64,000 nt of DNA from Camelus ferus (lineage: Eukaryota), in the NCBI RefSeq assembly GCF_009834535.1, contig NC_045697.1, forward strand, positions 33,544,001-33,608,000, read 5' to 3'. Positions 1 through 13,329 of this stretch are shown one piece after another. The notes beneath the pieces are model-generated. The model searched no databases. It saw nothing but the letters and a program-made list of their open reading frames with translations, and was not told the DNA's origin. Every line of letters begins with the position of its first letter. Position 1 is the stretch's first letter. Position numbers and translations under genes: made by a program.

Positions 1-918
1 AAGTGAAAGAGCATCACTCAGTTCTTCAAACTGTAGAATCTCCGGTTCCATCCAAAACCTTTTAAATAAGAATCTTTAGGCCAAGGTATCTATATTTTTT
101 AAAATAAAATAAAATGTGAGGCGTAACACATTTCAAGTCTCACAAGGCCCAGAAATCCTAGGGAAGCCTCCAAGATAACTCAGAAATTTGACCTCAGCTT
201 ACCTTTCTAGTCTTTTCTTTCTTTCTCTCTTCCACTTTAACTACCCAATGTAAGTATAGGTAGCTAAGTAAAGTGTGGCAGAGGATTATAGATAGAGATT
301 GTAAAAAAAGTACAGAAAGTATAGAAGCTAATTTTAAAAATAAAAACAGGAAAAAGAAGCTTGTTTTTCTAGAAATAGAAAATCATCCATGATCTTTAAT
401 ACTTATTTTGTCTGATTCACTAACTCTAAAGAGATGATTAGTTTAAAATTTTTATTTGGTGGAAAAAGTATGTTCCCCATTACAAATTATGATTATGGCC
501 AATACTGAAACTTGGTTAAAGTCAACTTATTTTAAAACTTCACAAAAAAGCTTTCTTTAATGAAAGGGTTTTATTCTTTGGTGTGATTAATCACTCCCAA
601 TCACCAACCGCTAAATAGTTAAATTTTAGATGGTGAAAAACAGAAGGTATGTCATCACATTTATCCCATTGTTAAAAACTGATTAGTAATGTAAGTTTAA
701 AACTTAATTTTAAGATAGAAAAATCTATGTATTTCTAAGTTTGAAGCTTCCCATAGGAATTATGAAAGCTTTTAATAAGAGAGTCGTAACCAGATAAAAC
801 TCGATGATATTAGTAGGCTTACACATAGAAGATTTAAATTGTGTATTCTATAAGAATTATTAGTATTATAACACAATATTAGTATGAAGTATCAAGGTAA
901 GATATTCATCATAAAACT

Positions 919-1458
919 TGTAGGGGAGCAGAATTTGCCACCCCAAAATGTCTCTTTGGCATGAGGATTAATTTAGGCTGATTATTTCTGAGGAACAGAA
1001 GACTCAGGAAGTCTTTCTTTTGCTTAAAGAATTGAGATAAAGGGCCTGTTTCAGAACAGAGCTATCACCAGAGAGACCTGCAAAGAATGTGGGCCAGGAG
1101 TGGTGAGGCAGATTTGGCAGGTTCTAAACATCAAGTCCATTCTGTGTCCCATCACCTCTGCATGGACCAGGAAACATTTATTTACTAAACATTTGCTTTC
1201 CATCTTCATTGCCTTCCTCCCCTCTGAAGTCTCAAGCCACTATCTGCAATATCCTCTTTTCCCTTTAGCTGAAGATGACATTTAAGGTGAAGATTTCAGC
1301 TATTTGGGCAAGTAACTAAGTTTTGTGGGTCTCTCCCACGTTACATGTTGTTAAACTTTTATTTGATTTTCTCCTGTTAATCTGTCTCATGTCAATTTCA
1401 TTCTTAGACCAGGCAGAAGAACTTAGAAGGGTAGAGGAAAATTGCTTTCTGTCCAGCA
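919..1458 (+). mobile_element. Solo ERV1 LTR, MER34-like
   Basis: Starts TGTAGGGGAGCAGAATTTGCCACCCCAAAATG (MER34-type 5' end) and ends in CA at 1457-1458; 4-bp flanks AACT (915-918) and AACA (1459-1462) fit a degraded TSD. Confidence 0.8.
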
Positions 1459-3185
1459 AACACAAGGCACTCCTGATGAACCAAGTATGTATGATTTCTC
1501 CTAGGAAGTCCTGACTACTTCCCTCCATATGAAATACTATCTCACTGCAGGAAACATTTTGCTCCCTCCATGGATTCTGCACTTTGCTTCCTGTTACTTG
1601 CAATTCCATCAATGTATGTTTAAATTTTAATCCCATTCTTAAGAGGCCATTTATTTCCTTGTTAGTATTCCCTTTATAATCTGGGTATTTTGTCAGCACA
1701 TGAATCACCAGCTCTACTTCTTGTTATGGCTCAGCCAATCTGGCTTCCTTTGAGAATGCTTAGAAAAATCATTTGCCTATAGTATCCACCAGCCTTTATA
1801 TTTTAACTCCACTGTCAGAATTCTTGAAGAGGTCTTTCCATATGACATGTGCCCATGTATTATCTAACCATAGACAATTGAACAACTCACAAACCATTGG
1901 TTCAAGACATTTTGCCCACAGGTTGGGCCACCCATTAGCTTTCTTTCCTTGGAATTTGAAATTTGAAAACTGAGACTGAGATATTAGTTAACAAAGGAAG
2001 GGTGGGGGAAATCAGATACAGTAAATACAGACAAGTGAAAATAAAGTCAGAGAAACTAGAGAGACGGTCCACCAAACCCAGTCACTAGGCACCTAGTGCT
2101 AACCCAATTTGTGACTATCTAAGGCCTAGTTTTTCCACATTTGTGGATTTTTATGAGATTTTTGTATCCTGTTCCTTTATTTGAGCAAGCTTGAGTGCAT
2201 TTGTATTCCTAATCAACCAAAGAGGTCAACTGAAGGATCCTAAAGACTCTAAAAGTATCATGTTTAAATTATCCTGTTGTGTTTATGTGTATAATTTATG
2301 TCAATTCTTCTGTTTTATATTTTTACATATTTTGTGTGATTTTCTATATTTTTCAAAAATAAAATTTATTATATGTAATTTAATGAACAGAAATAGTAAA
2401 CAATACAATCAGTGTAATAAATAATATAATTTTGCTCTTTAGTTTTTGTTGTTGCTTTGGGGCTTGGGGGTTTTGGGGGGGGTTTTGTTTGTTTGCTTTA
2501 AAAAATATGGTGTCATTTGGTGCATTTTACTACATATTAAAATAGTTTTTAGAAAACCTGAATTTCTCCTTAACTTGAGAATATAAAGTTTGTTTTACAT
2601 GCCAATTTCTGTGTGCTTTACTTATCTCTTAAGTAATCTATGGCTGGAAATACCCTAACTGCAAAGCCTACACCACCCTAAACAGGCACCATGTGATAGC
2701 CTATAATTGAAAGCACCCTAATTAGAAAAATTATAAAAATTACTCAATAAGGAAATATGTTCTAATCAAATCCTGAAGTCAAACATTCCTCTATGTCTAA
2801 AAGCCTGAGCAGTTTCTCTTAAAACAAGAATATTCTACAGCAGATTTTGGGGTGGCATAGGAACTGTCATCTGACTTGTTTTTAAAATATTATTTCAACC
2901 TTGATTAGAAATACAATCTCACTACCCAGCAAGTTCATCTAATAAACAGTACCAAAGGAAAAATGTAAGGTAATCAAAGCAATTGTCTACATGATGCCAA
3001 ATATCTGGTTATTTAAGGTTAGGTATAGAAAGCATCTAATTAAATAACCAAGATTGTTATTTTATATTCAGTGTTATATAAGAATATTGCCATGTATACT
3101 GAGATTTAAAAAAAAATCACTATAAATGTAATTCTTCTGCCTAGCTCATCTACTCATATGTATTGTTTCAATCATCCAAGGAAAT

Positions 3186-3375
3186 AGGTCATCAATGTGT
3201 GGTCCCTGGACCAGCTCAATCAGTATCACCTAAGAATTAGTTCAAAATAAAAATTCTCAATCTCTACCCCAAACTTAACTGAATTAGAAACTGTGGAGGT
3301 AGAGTTCAGAAATCTTTTTTTTTTTTAACAAGTCTTTCAGAGATTATAATGCAGCCAACATTTGTGAAATGTTTC
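3186..3375. mobile_element. hAT-Charlie MITE, MER5A-like
   Basis: GTGTGGTCCCTGGACCAGC...ATCACCT...AATTCTC...ACTGAATTAGAAACT...TTTTAACAAG matches the recalled MER5A consensus. Boundaries approximate. Confidence 0.65.
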
Positions 3376-4052
3376 TCTTGGAGAAAGATTGCTGAGTAAT
3401 GCATATTGTACCAAAATAAGAAAAGTGAATTTACAATATATAGTATATGGTCAAACTAAAAGGTAATATGAGGTTATCCTCTTACAAAAAAAGTTATTCA
3501 TTTGATATCAACATGTTTTTAGATTGAGTGCTGCTCCAGTGTACAACTTAAAGGGCTGTCCTTCACATGTGACTGGTTCCTCCCACAGATGGATAGATGG
3601 CACAGTCCAAATGACCATACATTGGTCCTGGTGCTAGTAGCACTTCATGAACTCCATTCTTCACCTCTCTGTGTATTCATGAGGTACAGTACTCAAAAAA
3701 AGAAACTATGATAAATAGTTGTGATAAGATGTCATGTCATCAAATTATTTGTTTCAAAATTTTATGTTAAGCCTCTTTCATTTTGAATCTATACATGTTC
3801 ATTTGTGTTCAACTATTAGGTATGTATGGTCTTTGTGTGTGTGTGTGAGTGTATTTGTGTATATGTGTGTTCCTTATATATGGATTTACTTAGAGTTCTT
3901 TTCTGTTTTAAACATTTGGTGAGATCTGGACAAAAGTATTTTATGAGACTTTTCATTGTTTCTCTTTGGGGGATATTTTTAAATAATAATCAACTTAAGG
4001 GAGTGGCTATCTGAGTTCATTACAATCATCTAGCATTCAAATTAAGCCTTGG

Positions 4053-5140
4053 TAAGTCTATTTTTAGTTTTTTGAGGAATCTCCATACTAGTTTTCCATA
4101 ATGGCTGCACCAAACTACATCCCCACCAGCAGTGCAGGAGGGTTCCCTTATCTCCACACCCTCTCCAGCATTTCTTGTTCATGGACTTTTTAATGACTGC
4201 CAATCTAACTGGTGTGAGGTGATACCTCATTGTAGTTTTGATTTGCATTTCTCTGATAATTAGCAACACTGAGCATTTTTTCATGTGCCTATTGGCCATT
4301 TGTATGTTTTCATTGGAGAATTGCTTGTTTAGATCTTCTGCCCATTTTTTGATGGGGTTCTTTTTTCTTTTTTGTTATTAAGTTGTATGAGCTGTTTATA
4401 TATTCTGGAAATTAAATCTTTGTCAGTTGCATCATTTGCAAATATTTTCTCCATTCCTTACCATGTGATCTAGCAATCCAACTCCTGGGCATATATCTGG
4501 AGGGAACTCTAATTTGAAAAGATGCATGCACCCCAATGTTCATAGCAGCACTATATACAATAGACAAGATTTGGAAGTAACCTAAATGTCTGTTGACAGG
4601 TGACTGGATAGAGAAGTTTTGGTATATTTATACAGTGGAATACTAATCAGTGATAAAAAGAAAAGAATAAAATAATGCCATTTGCAGCAACATGGATGGA
4701 CCTGGAGATCATCATTCTAAGTGAAGTAAGCCAGAAAGAAAAAGAAAAATACCATGTGATATCTCTCATATATGGAATCTTAAAATAAAAAAGAAGAAGA
4801 AAAGCAAGAAGAGGACACTAATGTACTCATCTACAAAACAGAAACAGACTTGCAGACATAGTAAACAATTTCACGGTTACCAGGGGAAAGGGGGAGGGAA
4901 AAGATAAATTTGGGAGTTTGAGATTTGCAAAGGTTAACCACTATATATAAAAATAGATAAAAAACAAATTTCTTCCATATAGCACAGGGAACTATATTCA
5001 ATTTCTTGTAATAACCTTTAAAGAAAAAGAATATGAAAATGAATATATGTACATATATGCATGACTGGGGAATTATGCTGTACACCAGAAATTGACACAT
5101 TGTAACTGACTATACTGCAATAAAAGAAAGAAAAAAAACG
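4053..5140 (+). mobile_element. 5'-truncated, 5'-inverted LINE-1 insertion
   Basis: 4053-4456 is an inverted L1 ORF2 C-terminal segment (minus ORF 4042-4299, [11 protein letters not shown]...[16 protein letters not shown]). 4457-5140 is the ORF2 end, 3'UTR and A-rich tail on +. TSD AGCCTTGG at 4045-4052 and 5141-5148. Confidence 0.92.
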
Positions 5141-5694
5141 AGCCTTGGAATTTCTACTTTCTCTTGATAACAGTTTGGTAAGGACAGGATTTGGCTGCAG
5201 TCTCCAGCACTCCATATGTTTGATTTAGAATATTTTCCATGTTGTCACTATTTTTTCACAGATGCACAGATGAAAGGCAAAGTAGATTAAGCTGCCATAA
5301 AATACTAAGCTGTATTTTACAACAACCACACAATGACTACCAATGAATTCCTGTTGAAAATTGTTATAGGCAGGCCCTTCCTTTTTGACTTTCTATTTCG
5401 GTAGCATAGACAGAAAGGGTTGGAAGCAACTCAAAGAAGTCATTTAGCATCTTATCCTATCTCTAATAAAGCCTATACTTTGATCTAAAAAGAAAGTTAG
5501 TTTATGTTTTTGCTTTGATATACACAAAAAGTAAAACTTGATAACATTCTAGTTTAAAATTACTTAATTTGCTTTGACATCTATAGTTTACTGATGCCAG
5601 GTATGTTAAAAAAAAAAATGTAAGTCATGATTCTTGTCCTTAAAAATCTCATAACGTCCTCAAATCATACTTAGCTAAGAACAACAAATATCAA

Positions 5695-5840
5695 ATGCTT
5701 TACACATTAAAGAGTGTTTCACAACACTCCTGTGAGATTGGTGTTACTATTATCCTCATTTTAGAGAAGAGGAAATTGATTTTCCCAAAGGTACATAAGA
5801 TTTACATCAAAGTATTGTCATTCTAAAGCCCATTTCTATC
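5695..5840 (-). mobile_element. MIR fragment
   Basis: CACAACACTCCTGTGAG...TATTATCCTCATTTTAGAGAAGAGGAAATTGA resembles the MIR core. Confidence 0.55.
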
Positions 5841-6079
5841 TAACTGGTGCCATCACTCTTCCTGGTTTTTACAGCAGTAAAAATCAGCAGTGAATTGGGT
5901 CTGGACACCAACATGAGGCAGAAATAGTTCTTGGGTATGTCTGACTCTCCAAACATGACTTCTGGAGGCATACATTCTACTACATTCACTGTAAGTGTAT
6001 ACAGATATATAATTCAAACATGGTCTAATTCAGTCTACCTCCTGAACTCACAGCAGGCATTGCGAATCAACCCCAGCTT

Positions 6080-6200
6080 AATTAACCAGGTGGGAGGATT
6101 CCCTTCACAGTTATGTATGTATCAAGTTATCATGGTGTACACTTTAAATATCTTACCATTTTATTGTTCAATTGGACCTCAATAAAGCTAGGGGAAAAGA
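6080..6200 (+). mobile_element. Old L1 3' end fragment
   Basis: TGTACACTTTAAATATCTTACCATTTTATTGTTCAATT...CCTCAATAAAGCTAGGGGAAAA is a typical L1M 3' terminus. Confidence 0.6.
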
Positions 6201-6300
6201 AGAGAAATTTAGCCACAGATTCTTTATTCACAAGGAGCTGATGGTGGCCATTACCAAGTCTTCAGATTTAACATATGAAATGAAAACTGTTTCCTATGCT

Positions 6301-6321
6301 TGGTCTGGTCTGGTCTGGTCT
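6301..6321. repeat. (TGGTC)4 simple repeat
   Basis: TGGTCTGGTCTGGTCTGGTCT read directly. Confidence 0.9.
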
Positions 6322-6947
6322 AAACCTTATTTCCCCAGGTTTAATAGTGCTATTGAGTACACTAAAAATCCTTAGTAATGTACTTGATAATTACAAATAT
6401 CAAGTTACATTGCCTCTAGAATTCTCAACCAACTAGCTTCTTTACTTTGCTGTAGTAGAAAATAATAGTCGTATCATAAAATAAATTCTTCATGAGAATT
6501 TCCAGTGACGGATTCTCTTCTGATTTAAGTAACTGTCTTCATTTCTTGTCTTAGTGTGGATAATTTCAACAGCAGATTAGAGGCAGAATTTAGGTCACAT
6601 CAGGTTGAGCCACAAGTACTAGTTTTTGGAGTAGAAGTATTGAGTACACATTATTCTATTTAGAAACTTTAACCAAATACTCTGTTTATTTGGAGGTGAA
6701 CACCCATGCAACAGTGGGAATTTATTCAAGAATAATCAAATGTAAGAAATGTCATATTTTGAAGCAAATTACCCTGGCTCACAGCCCTTCACAGGCATTT
6801 TACAGCCATTCCCCACTGAAACCTTGCCAAATTGCAGATATTTGCATACAGAGAACAGATCTCCAGGATTCCTCAATTCACACAGTCCAGAACCTCATTC
6901 TTTGCCCAGATCAGGCTATCCCCTCTCTCCTCTCTCTGCCTTTAACC

Positions 6948-7288
6948 TTCTAGTGCTGTGACATATGGTATAGTAGCCACTAGCTCCATATTGGTATTAA
7001 GCACACAAAATGTAGCCAGTCTGAATTAGGTATTTTGGAGTTTATATGTATATATATCCTGCATTTCAAAGACTATCTATGAAAATAAGAATCGTAAGTA
7101 TCTCATTAACAAATCATTTTTATATTGATTACATGTTGAAACAATATTTTAGATATACCAGGTTAACAAAAATCTATTATTAAAATTATGTTTATTCTTT
7201 CTTTTTACTGTTTAAAAAATATGGTCACTAAAATATTTAAACCTCATGCATGGTTCACATTATATTTCTATTGGACAGTGCTGCTCTA
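6948..7288. mobile_element. hAT-Charlie element, MER33-like
   Basis: GTGCTGT...GTAGCCACTAGC...TATTGATTACATGTTGAAA...ATATTTCTATTGGACAGTGCTG resembles the MER33/MER3 family. Confidence 0.7.
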
Positions 7289-9104
7289 AGCTAATTTCAA
7301 AAAAATTTGTTGATGAACTTGTACTTGTGAGTGATGCCCTGGATTGTTACTTATTTTAGAGTGTTACCCAAAACAAGGAGAATCAATTATCACACATTCT
7401 CTCACCACTAGAAGAACTTTTAAAGACAAAAATTTGGCTGTCCCAGGTGGGGCAAAGAGAGGAAAACACTTTCTCTTTTTTCTTGAGGAAGAGCTGGTGA
7501 GAGAAATACACAGTCAGAATTTCTCAGTTAGAAGTATGTCAGAACTACCAGTACTACTGTGAAATTGAAACATGAATCCAAGGTAAGAAAACTAGTTTCT
7601 CCCTGTGTTACAATAAATTATGTGGCATAGCATTTCTGCTCTGAGTTATTCTGGGTTTCAGTTTCCATATCTCAAATGTAGTCATTAAGCTATTTCTCAT
7701 CTAGATCTGAAATTAAAAAAGCAAAACTGAATTGCTAGATCATTGGACATGATCCAATTATTTTCATCATTCAGAAAAGGCTTTCTTCAGTTTTATTTAC
7801 ATGTTAATCTCCTTCTCATAGAAGAGGTCTTTGCATTGTACCTGACTCCACTGGTATCATTTCAATCAAGTGATTATCACATCTCTGATTCTACCTGTGA
7901 ACTGTGTTCCCTCTTGAGTTTCATAAAATGGTATGATGTTTGTGACTTGGGTGGTAAGAAACACAATGTTCTGATCCTGTGCTCAAGTTAAATAGTTTAG
8001 AAAATGACTCTTGAAGATGTATAATTAACTTCACAACTAAACCTGATGATAATTTTAATTGCCATTAATATAAAGTCAATACTCATTTTAAAAAATAGAA
8101 ATGACTTTTCACTGAAATTAGAGATGCTTGAAAAAGTCTGATCTTAATTGATGTCTACAGTCTTTTATCTTATGCCTGAAAAATATGCCAGAATCTGGTA
8201 TCTTGACTTGCATTTCATAAGATCTGGATAAAGGTTTTGATTTTAATTTCTTTTTAGTGCTCAATTTTTGAGAAAACATTACATTTCTAAATTGATATCT
8301 CATATTGAAAACTGTACCAAAATGAACATGACTCAGCTTCATTTCAAGAAAGTAAGATGCTATCCAAAAATTTCCTTCTCAGGGCACTACAAAAGATATA
8401 TGGCTCTCCATTAAACTAACCTTTTTTTTTTTTTCCTGGCAAGTGTTTACACTGGTAGTTCCATTAACTTGTTTACTTATGTTTTATTTATCAACTTTAA
8501 TGTAGATATTATTCTAATGACATTCATTTTTAGATATTGACATCTTTTCATTAAAATATTAAGGGCACTGGTTATTAATATTTCATAATTAAGAGAGGTA
8601 ACACAGGAATAATCTTTAATTCCAGTAGGGACTAATAGAATTTTGAAAACACTCTTCTATCTTGGAATTATATTAGAGATTAGGGATGATTATACAAAAG
8701 CTTTCTCTAGATATATTTAAGAATCAGGTTGGTGGCTGGGTGGTTTAAGAACAATTCTGAAGAAAAATATTTTAAATCTCTCCTTCATTGCTTTCATATC
8801 CCATAGTTGTGTTTATAATTTCAGAAATATATTCATGTCCAAGCCAAATAAAAAAAAAACCTAACTAAAGAATATTTTAATCAATTGGATTGATGAATTG
8901 TCCTGTTTTCTCTGAAATAAATACAACAGTTTTTATTAAAGCTTCTAAATAGAGATATCTATACAACCTCTACTCCAATATTTACCAACTCCATCTATTG
9001 CTTCTGCCCCTAATCCTCTAATGAAAATATTCACAATAAGACCATCAAGTTACCAGTGTTCTCCTAGTATCAAATGCCAATTTACAGTGCTGCATTTATA
9101 GATG

Positions 9105-12100
9105 CCATTGCCCTATGACTGGAGTTTGGCTGCACAAGGGTTGATTATCAGTACTTGATAGGAACCTTTCCAGCAAAGTTGAAGAGTGTTCTCCTGGAAG
9201 TGTCTTTTCTAATAGACGAAAGTCTAGGTTGCAAGGTGTGATGCTTAAAGTCTTCATCTCCTGGGAGCATGCTGCCAAAACTCAGCCTCCATACCCTGAC
9301 TATCAAATTGAGACTCAAGGACAGAGTTTGGGATGAAGTAGAAAAGGTAGCTTTATTTCTTTGCCAAGCAAAGGAGGTCACTGTGGGCTAATGCCTCCAA
9401 GACTGTGAGCCTCCTGAGAAAAGAAGATAGGGGAGTTTATAGTAAAAGTTCAAGGGGTGGCACTGGTTTCCACAGAGATCAAAAAATTGTTGCAATCTTG
9501 TTCTTATTTTTGCAGATGCAGTGGTCCCCTTCCTTCAGCTGGGTATGTTGTTTATCTCCCACTTTGGGAATCTCCCAATATTCTTGTGCCTAGAATAAAA
9601 GAGTGTTTAGGAAGGGGGGGTCTATGGAAAAGTGCTCTAAAGAAAAATTTGTGCAGTTTAAAGTCAGGTAGGCATATGTTTCTAGTATTAAGGCAGGCTG
9701 AGACCTGGGACCTCTTGCTGCAGCACCTACACAGACCAGGACCTGCACCTCAAGCAACAAAATACAAAGAAACTATACGGGCCTAAAAATTAACTGCGAG
9801 CACGCACATTTGGAGTGAGCTATGAACAGCAAGATACAGAAAACAGAAACCCAACTGCCATTTCTGAGGTGTCAGGAGTAAAAGCAGGGCACTGCACATG
9901 ATCTCTACATACAACATCACTAGGGGGTTGGGCAGACAACCCAAGCCCCCCTCCTCTCCAGCCCAAACCTGATGGGCAAAAGCATGAGAAAAGTCATCCA
10001 AACCATTATACAATTAAGCAGTTACAAATACCAGATGGGCACCAATGACGGGCACACTGTGAAAAGATTGCTCTACCAAAATATGGTTATTTTTAATAGA
10101 AGCAATTAGGCCTTTGCAATATTAGAGTATTTCTCCTTTTATTAGCTGTTGGCCAAAAGAAGCAGGAACCAAGTGCATTGGGCGTCCTGTGGCTATCTCA
10201 GAGGGTGAGAGTTTATGAGTCCCAACAGGAGTGGATCTGAGATTCAAAAGGACCAACAGCAATGCTTTTGACCAAGGTATTGGAGGGCCTTGATGGACTT
10301 TTCCAGCTGAGTCTTAACAATGTTATTAGTCTGTTCGACTAAACCAGAGAATTGAGGGGGGTAAGCACAGTGAAAGTGTTGTAAAATCAGCCAAATAGCA
10401 CAGATCTGTGAAAGCACCTGGACAGTAAAACGGGTTCCTCTATCACTATGAATTTCAAGAGGAGATTTCCCAGGTAGGGATATTTTCCAAAGAGAACTCA
10501 GCCACAGAAGAGACAAGAGCCTCTCTGAAAGGGAAAGCTCCAGTCCAGGGTGAAAATATAAAAACCACGACTAAAACATATTTATACCCATTAGACAGAG
10601 GGAGTTGTATGAAATCCATCTGCCAGCCTTCAAATGGTCCATGAGACAGTTTGAAATGTTCCAAGGGCCGTATGAACAGGCTGCACTGGCTTGTACTTTG
10701 GATAAGTAGGACAAGTGAGGTGCGTACTCTTTGTGGCCTTGTTAATGTTTCTCCACTGATATTACTTCATGAAAGCTATTCTTCTGTCAGCAAACCAATG
10801 GTTTAATGCATGTACAGGGGTGGGGAGTGGACATTTTAGAATCTCTAGTAGGACCAGTTTGTTATTTATTCTAAATCAGAGCTTTTCTCTTTTTGTCAAA
10901 ACAACAATTGTTGAGTTTCCAATCATGTTTTTCCTTTTTTGAGGACAATTGTTGGGCCTCTCTAGCCAGTTTTTCTAAATTATTATTTGGACCACGTGGT
11001 ATGGCTGCTGTTGGTCCCCTTAATGGTAGGATTCCTTGCAGAAATATCAGCAAGGTGACAACCCCTCATTTCCTGAGGGTCAAGTTTACAATGCCTTGGC
11101 ATCTTAATACTAGCTAAAGTGGCTGGTAAAAAGTATTGTACCCAGTAATATCTGAACACTGGGGCCATTTTTAATTTTATTTCTACAGAACATAAGGGAG
11201 CCATGTTTCTTCCACAACATTCCAAAATCATGAGCTACTCCAAGGGCATATCTACTATCAGTATAAATACTGGCAGTTTTGTCCATGGCCAAAGTACAAT
11301 CCCAAGAGTGTATAATTCAGCTGTTGAGCCAAAGTAGCCATAAAGATGTTGCCTCAACAATGTTAAAAGGATTTGTAATAGCACATCCAGCATAATATTT
11401 GCCATTTTTTCTTTTAAATAAGAATCATCAGTGAATAATGAGAAGTCAAACTTACCCAGTGGAATTTCCTGTAGATATGATGAGGAGTCAGGAAGTGGTC
11501 CACCAGAGTTAAGTAGTTGTGATGTACGTTGTTGGTGACAGATAGGGAGAAAGGTTAGCTAGGTTAAGGTTATTAAAATGTAAAATAGTTATCAGAGGGG
11601 CAGTTAATAAGAAGGACTTCATAGGAGGTAAAGTGGCTGGCTGAGAAATGTTGAATGTGGTGAGAATTCAGGAGAGTTTCTACTGCATGAGATGCAAAAA
11701 TGATTAAAGGTGACCCCACAACAATTTCCCCATTGGACTTAAAGAAAAGGGCAGTGGCTGTAATGGCTCTAAGACAAGTGGGGTATCCCTGTATTACAGG
11801 GCCCAGTTGCTGACTATAACATCCTATGGGCTGATGGTGAGCCCCATGTTTTGGGGTGTGTACCCAAAGGCATTCCCTTTCTTTTCATAAGGGGAAAAGG
11901 GAATCTAATAATTGGGCTGCCTAAGGGCCAAGTGGGTTCATCAAATTCTCCTTTAAGGCTTTGAAGGCTATGTCATTCAGCTCTTCCCATAAAATTGGGC
12001 CAGGTTGGTCATTGTTGAGTAAAACATATAGAGCTTTGACCAAAAGAGAGAAATTTGTAACCCAATGTAGGCAATGACCTACCAGCCTGAGAAAACCTCA

Positions 12101-13300
12101 CAGTTGGCACTTACTTTCGGGTTTGGGGAGACTTAGGACACCATGAAGTCTACCTGGACCTAGGTGTATCCCTTGTTCTAATAGCAGATTCCCTAAATTT
12201 CAAACCTAGGTTTGGGCAAACAGCAATTTTGCTTTGGCAATATTAAGTTTTCTTAAGGCTAAAAGCTTTAGCAAGTGGATGCTGTCTTCCTGTGAGGAGC
12301 CTTGAGAAGGAGAGCAAAGAAGCAAATCATCCATATATTGCAACAAAGAAGAATCTCTAAGGAACTTTATGTCATCCAGGTTAGCCTTCAGCATTTGCAA
12401 GAAATAAGGACATTCAGTAAAACCTTAAGGCATTACTGTTTTCCTTCCCAAGTGAAAGCAAAAAGGTATTGCTAGTTTCATCAACTGGAATACTAAAGAA
12501 TGTACTGTATAAGAATTTACTTCCAGCGGGAATGCATGTTAGTAACATAGGCTAGGAACGACAGGATGTCCAGGGATAACAATGTCGTTTATTGCTCCAA
12601 GGTCCTGGACAAACCTCTGCTCTTAACCCTTAGGTGTCCTCACTGGTAAAGTGGGAGTGTTACAGAGGTTATAGTACATGGGATAATGTGCCTTCAGCCT
12701 TGTAATCATTTATTATGGGCTTTATGTCTTGAAAGGTTTCTTTACTTGGAGGGTATTGATTAATTCTGGGCTTTTGAGGGGTCTCTTTGAATTTTTATGT
12801 GAATTTTGCTAACATCAGTTGGAGATTTTGCCCATAAGGAAAGTGGTAGCTGATTCAATAGGGACTAATGATTAGTGTTTCCAGAATCTGCTTGGTACTT
12901 TCAGAGTCAGAGCAAATAAAGGATGTCAGAGGGTCATTTAATTCACCTGGTGGGCCATTTTGATAACTACTGTCAATTTCCAGAATTATTTCCCCCATTT
13001 GAGAAAAAGAAATTCTGGCATGACACTTCTCTAAGGAGTCCTGGCCTAATAAGTGGCTAGGGGTGGAGGAACTAAAGAGAAAAGGGTGTGTATCTCTCAA
13101 AGGGCCTAAACGAAATGGAATAGGTTCAGAGACTGGAACCACTAGAGGTGTGTCAGAGATCTCCATTACTTGAACTTTTTAGTGCTCTGAGGCAAAGACT
13201 TGTTTTACAGTAGTGGGGTTGAACATTGAGAGTGTGGCTTCTGTGTCAGTTAGGACAGGAAGAGGGTCCTCCCCAACCTGGAGAAACATTTCTCCAAGAC
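9105..13300 (-). pseudogene. pol: ERV pro-pol remnant (PR, RT, RNase H, IN), multiple stops and frameshifts
   Basis: DTEA (degenerate DTGA) at 13236-13247; MP*GFTECP (LPQG box) near 12405-12435; YMDD at 12326-12337; ORFs 11110-11292 (RNase H), 10455-10664 and 10244-10516 (IN core); WKGSYQVL at 9149-9172. Confidence 0.9.
9270..10050 (-). mobile_element. Nested ERV1 LTR insertion in integrase (possibly composite)
   Basis: Starts TGCTGCCAAAACTCAGCC; minus-strand AATAAA at 9352-9357; flanks AGCA (9266-9269) and GGCA (10051-10054). Removing it restores in-frame VEQSFHSVLPGDED. Confidence 0.8.
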
Positions 13301-13329
13301 AACTAAGAAGGAGGATTGGGAAGAGCCCC

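Noticed and set aside
919..1458. This LTR as the missing 3' LTR of the provirus
   Set aside because: Different sequence, opposite orientation and its own TSD-like flanks.
12326..12337. YMDD as evidence of a lentivirus- or betaretrovirus-type RT
   Set aside because: Surrounding motifs are class I ERV; TAT ATG is readily explained by decay from a YVDD codon pair.
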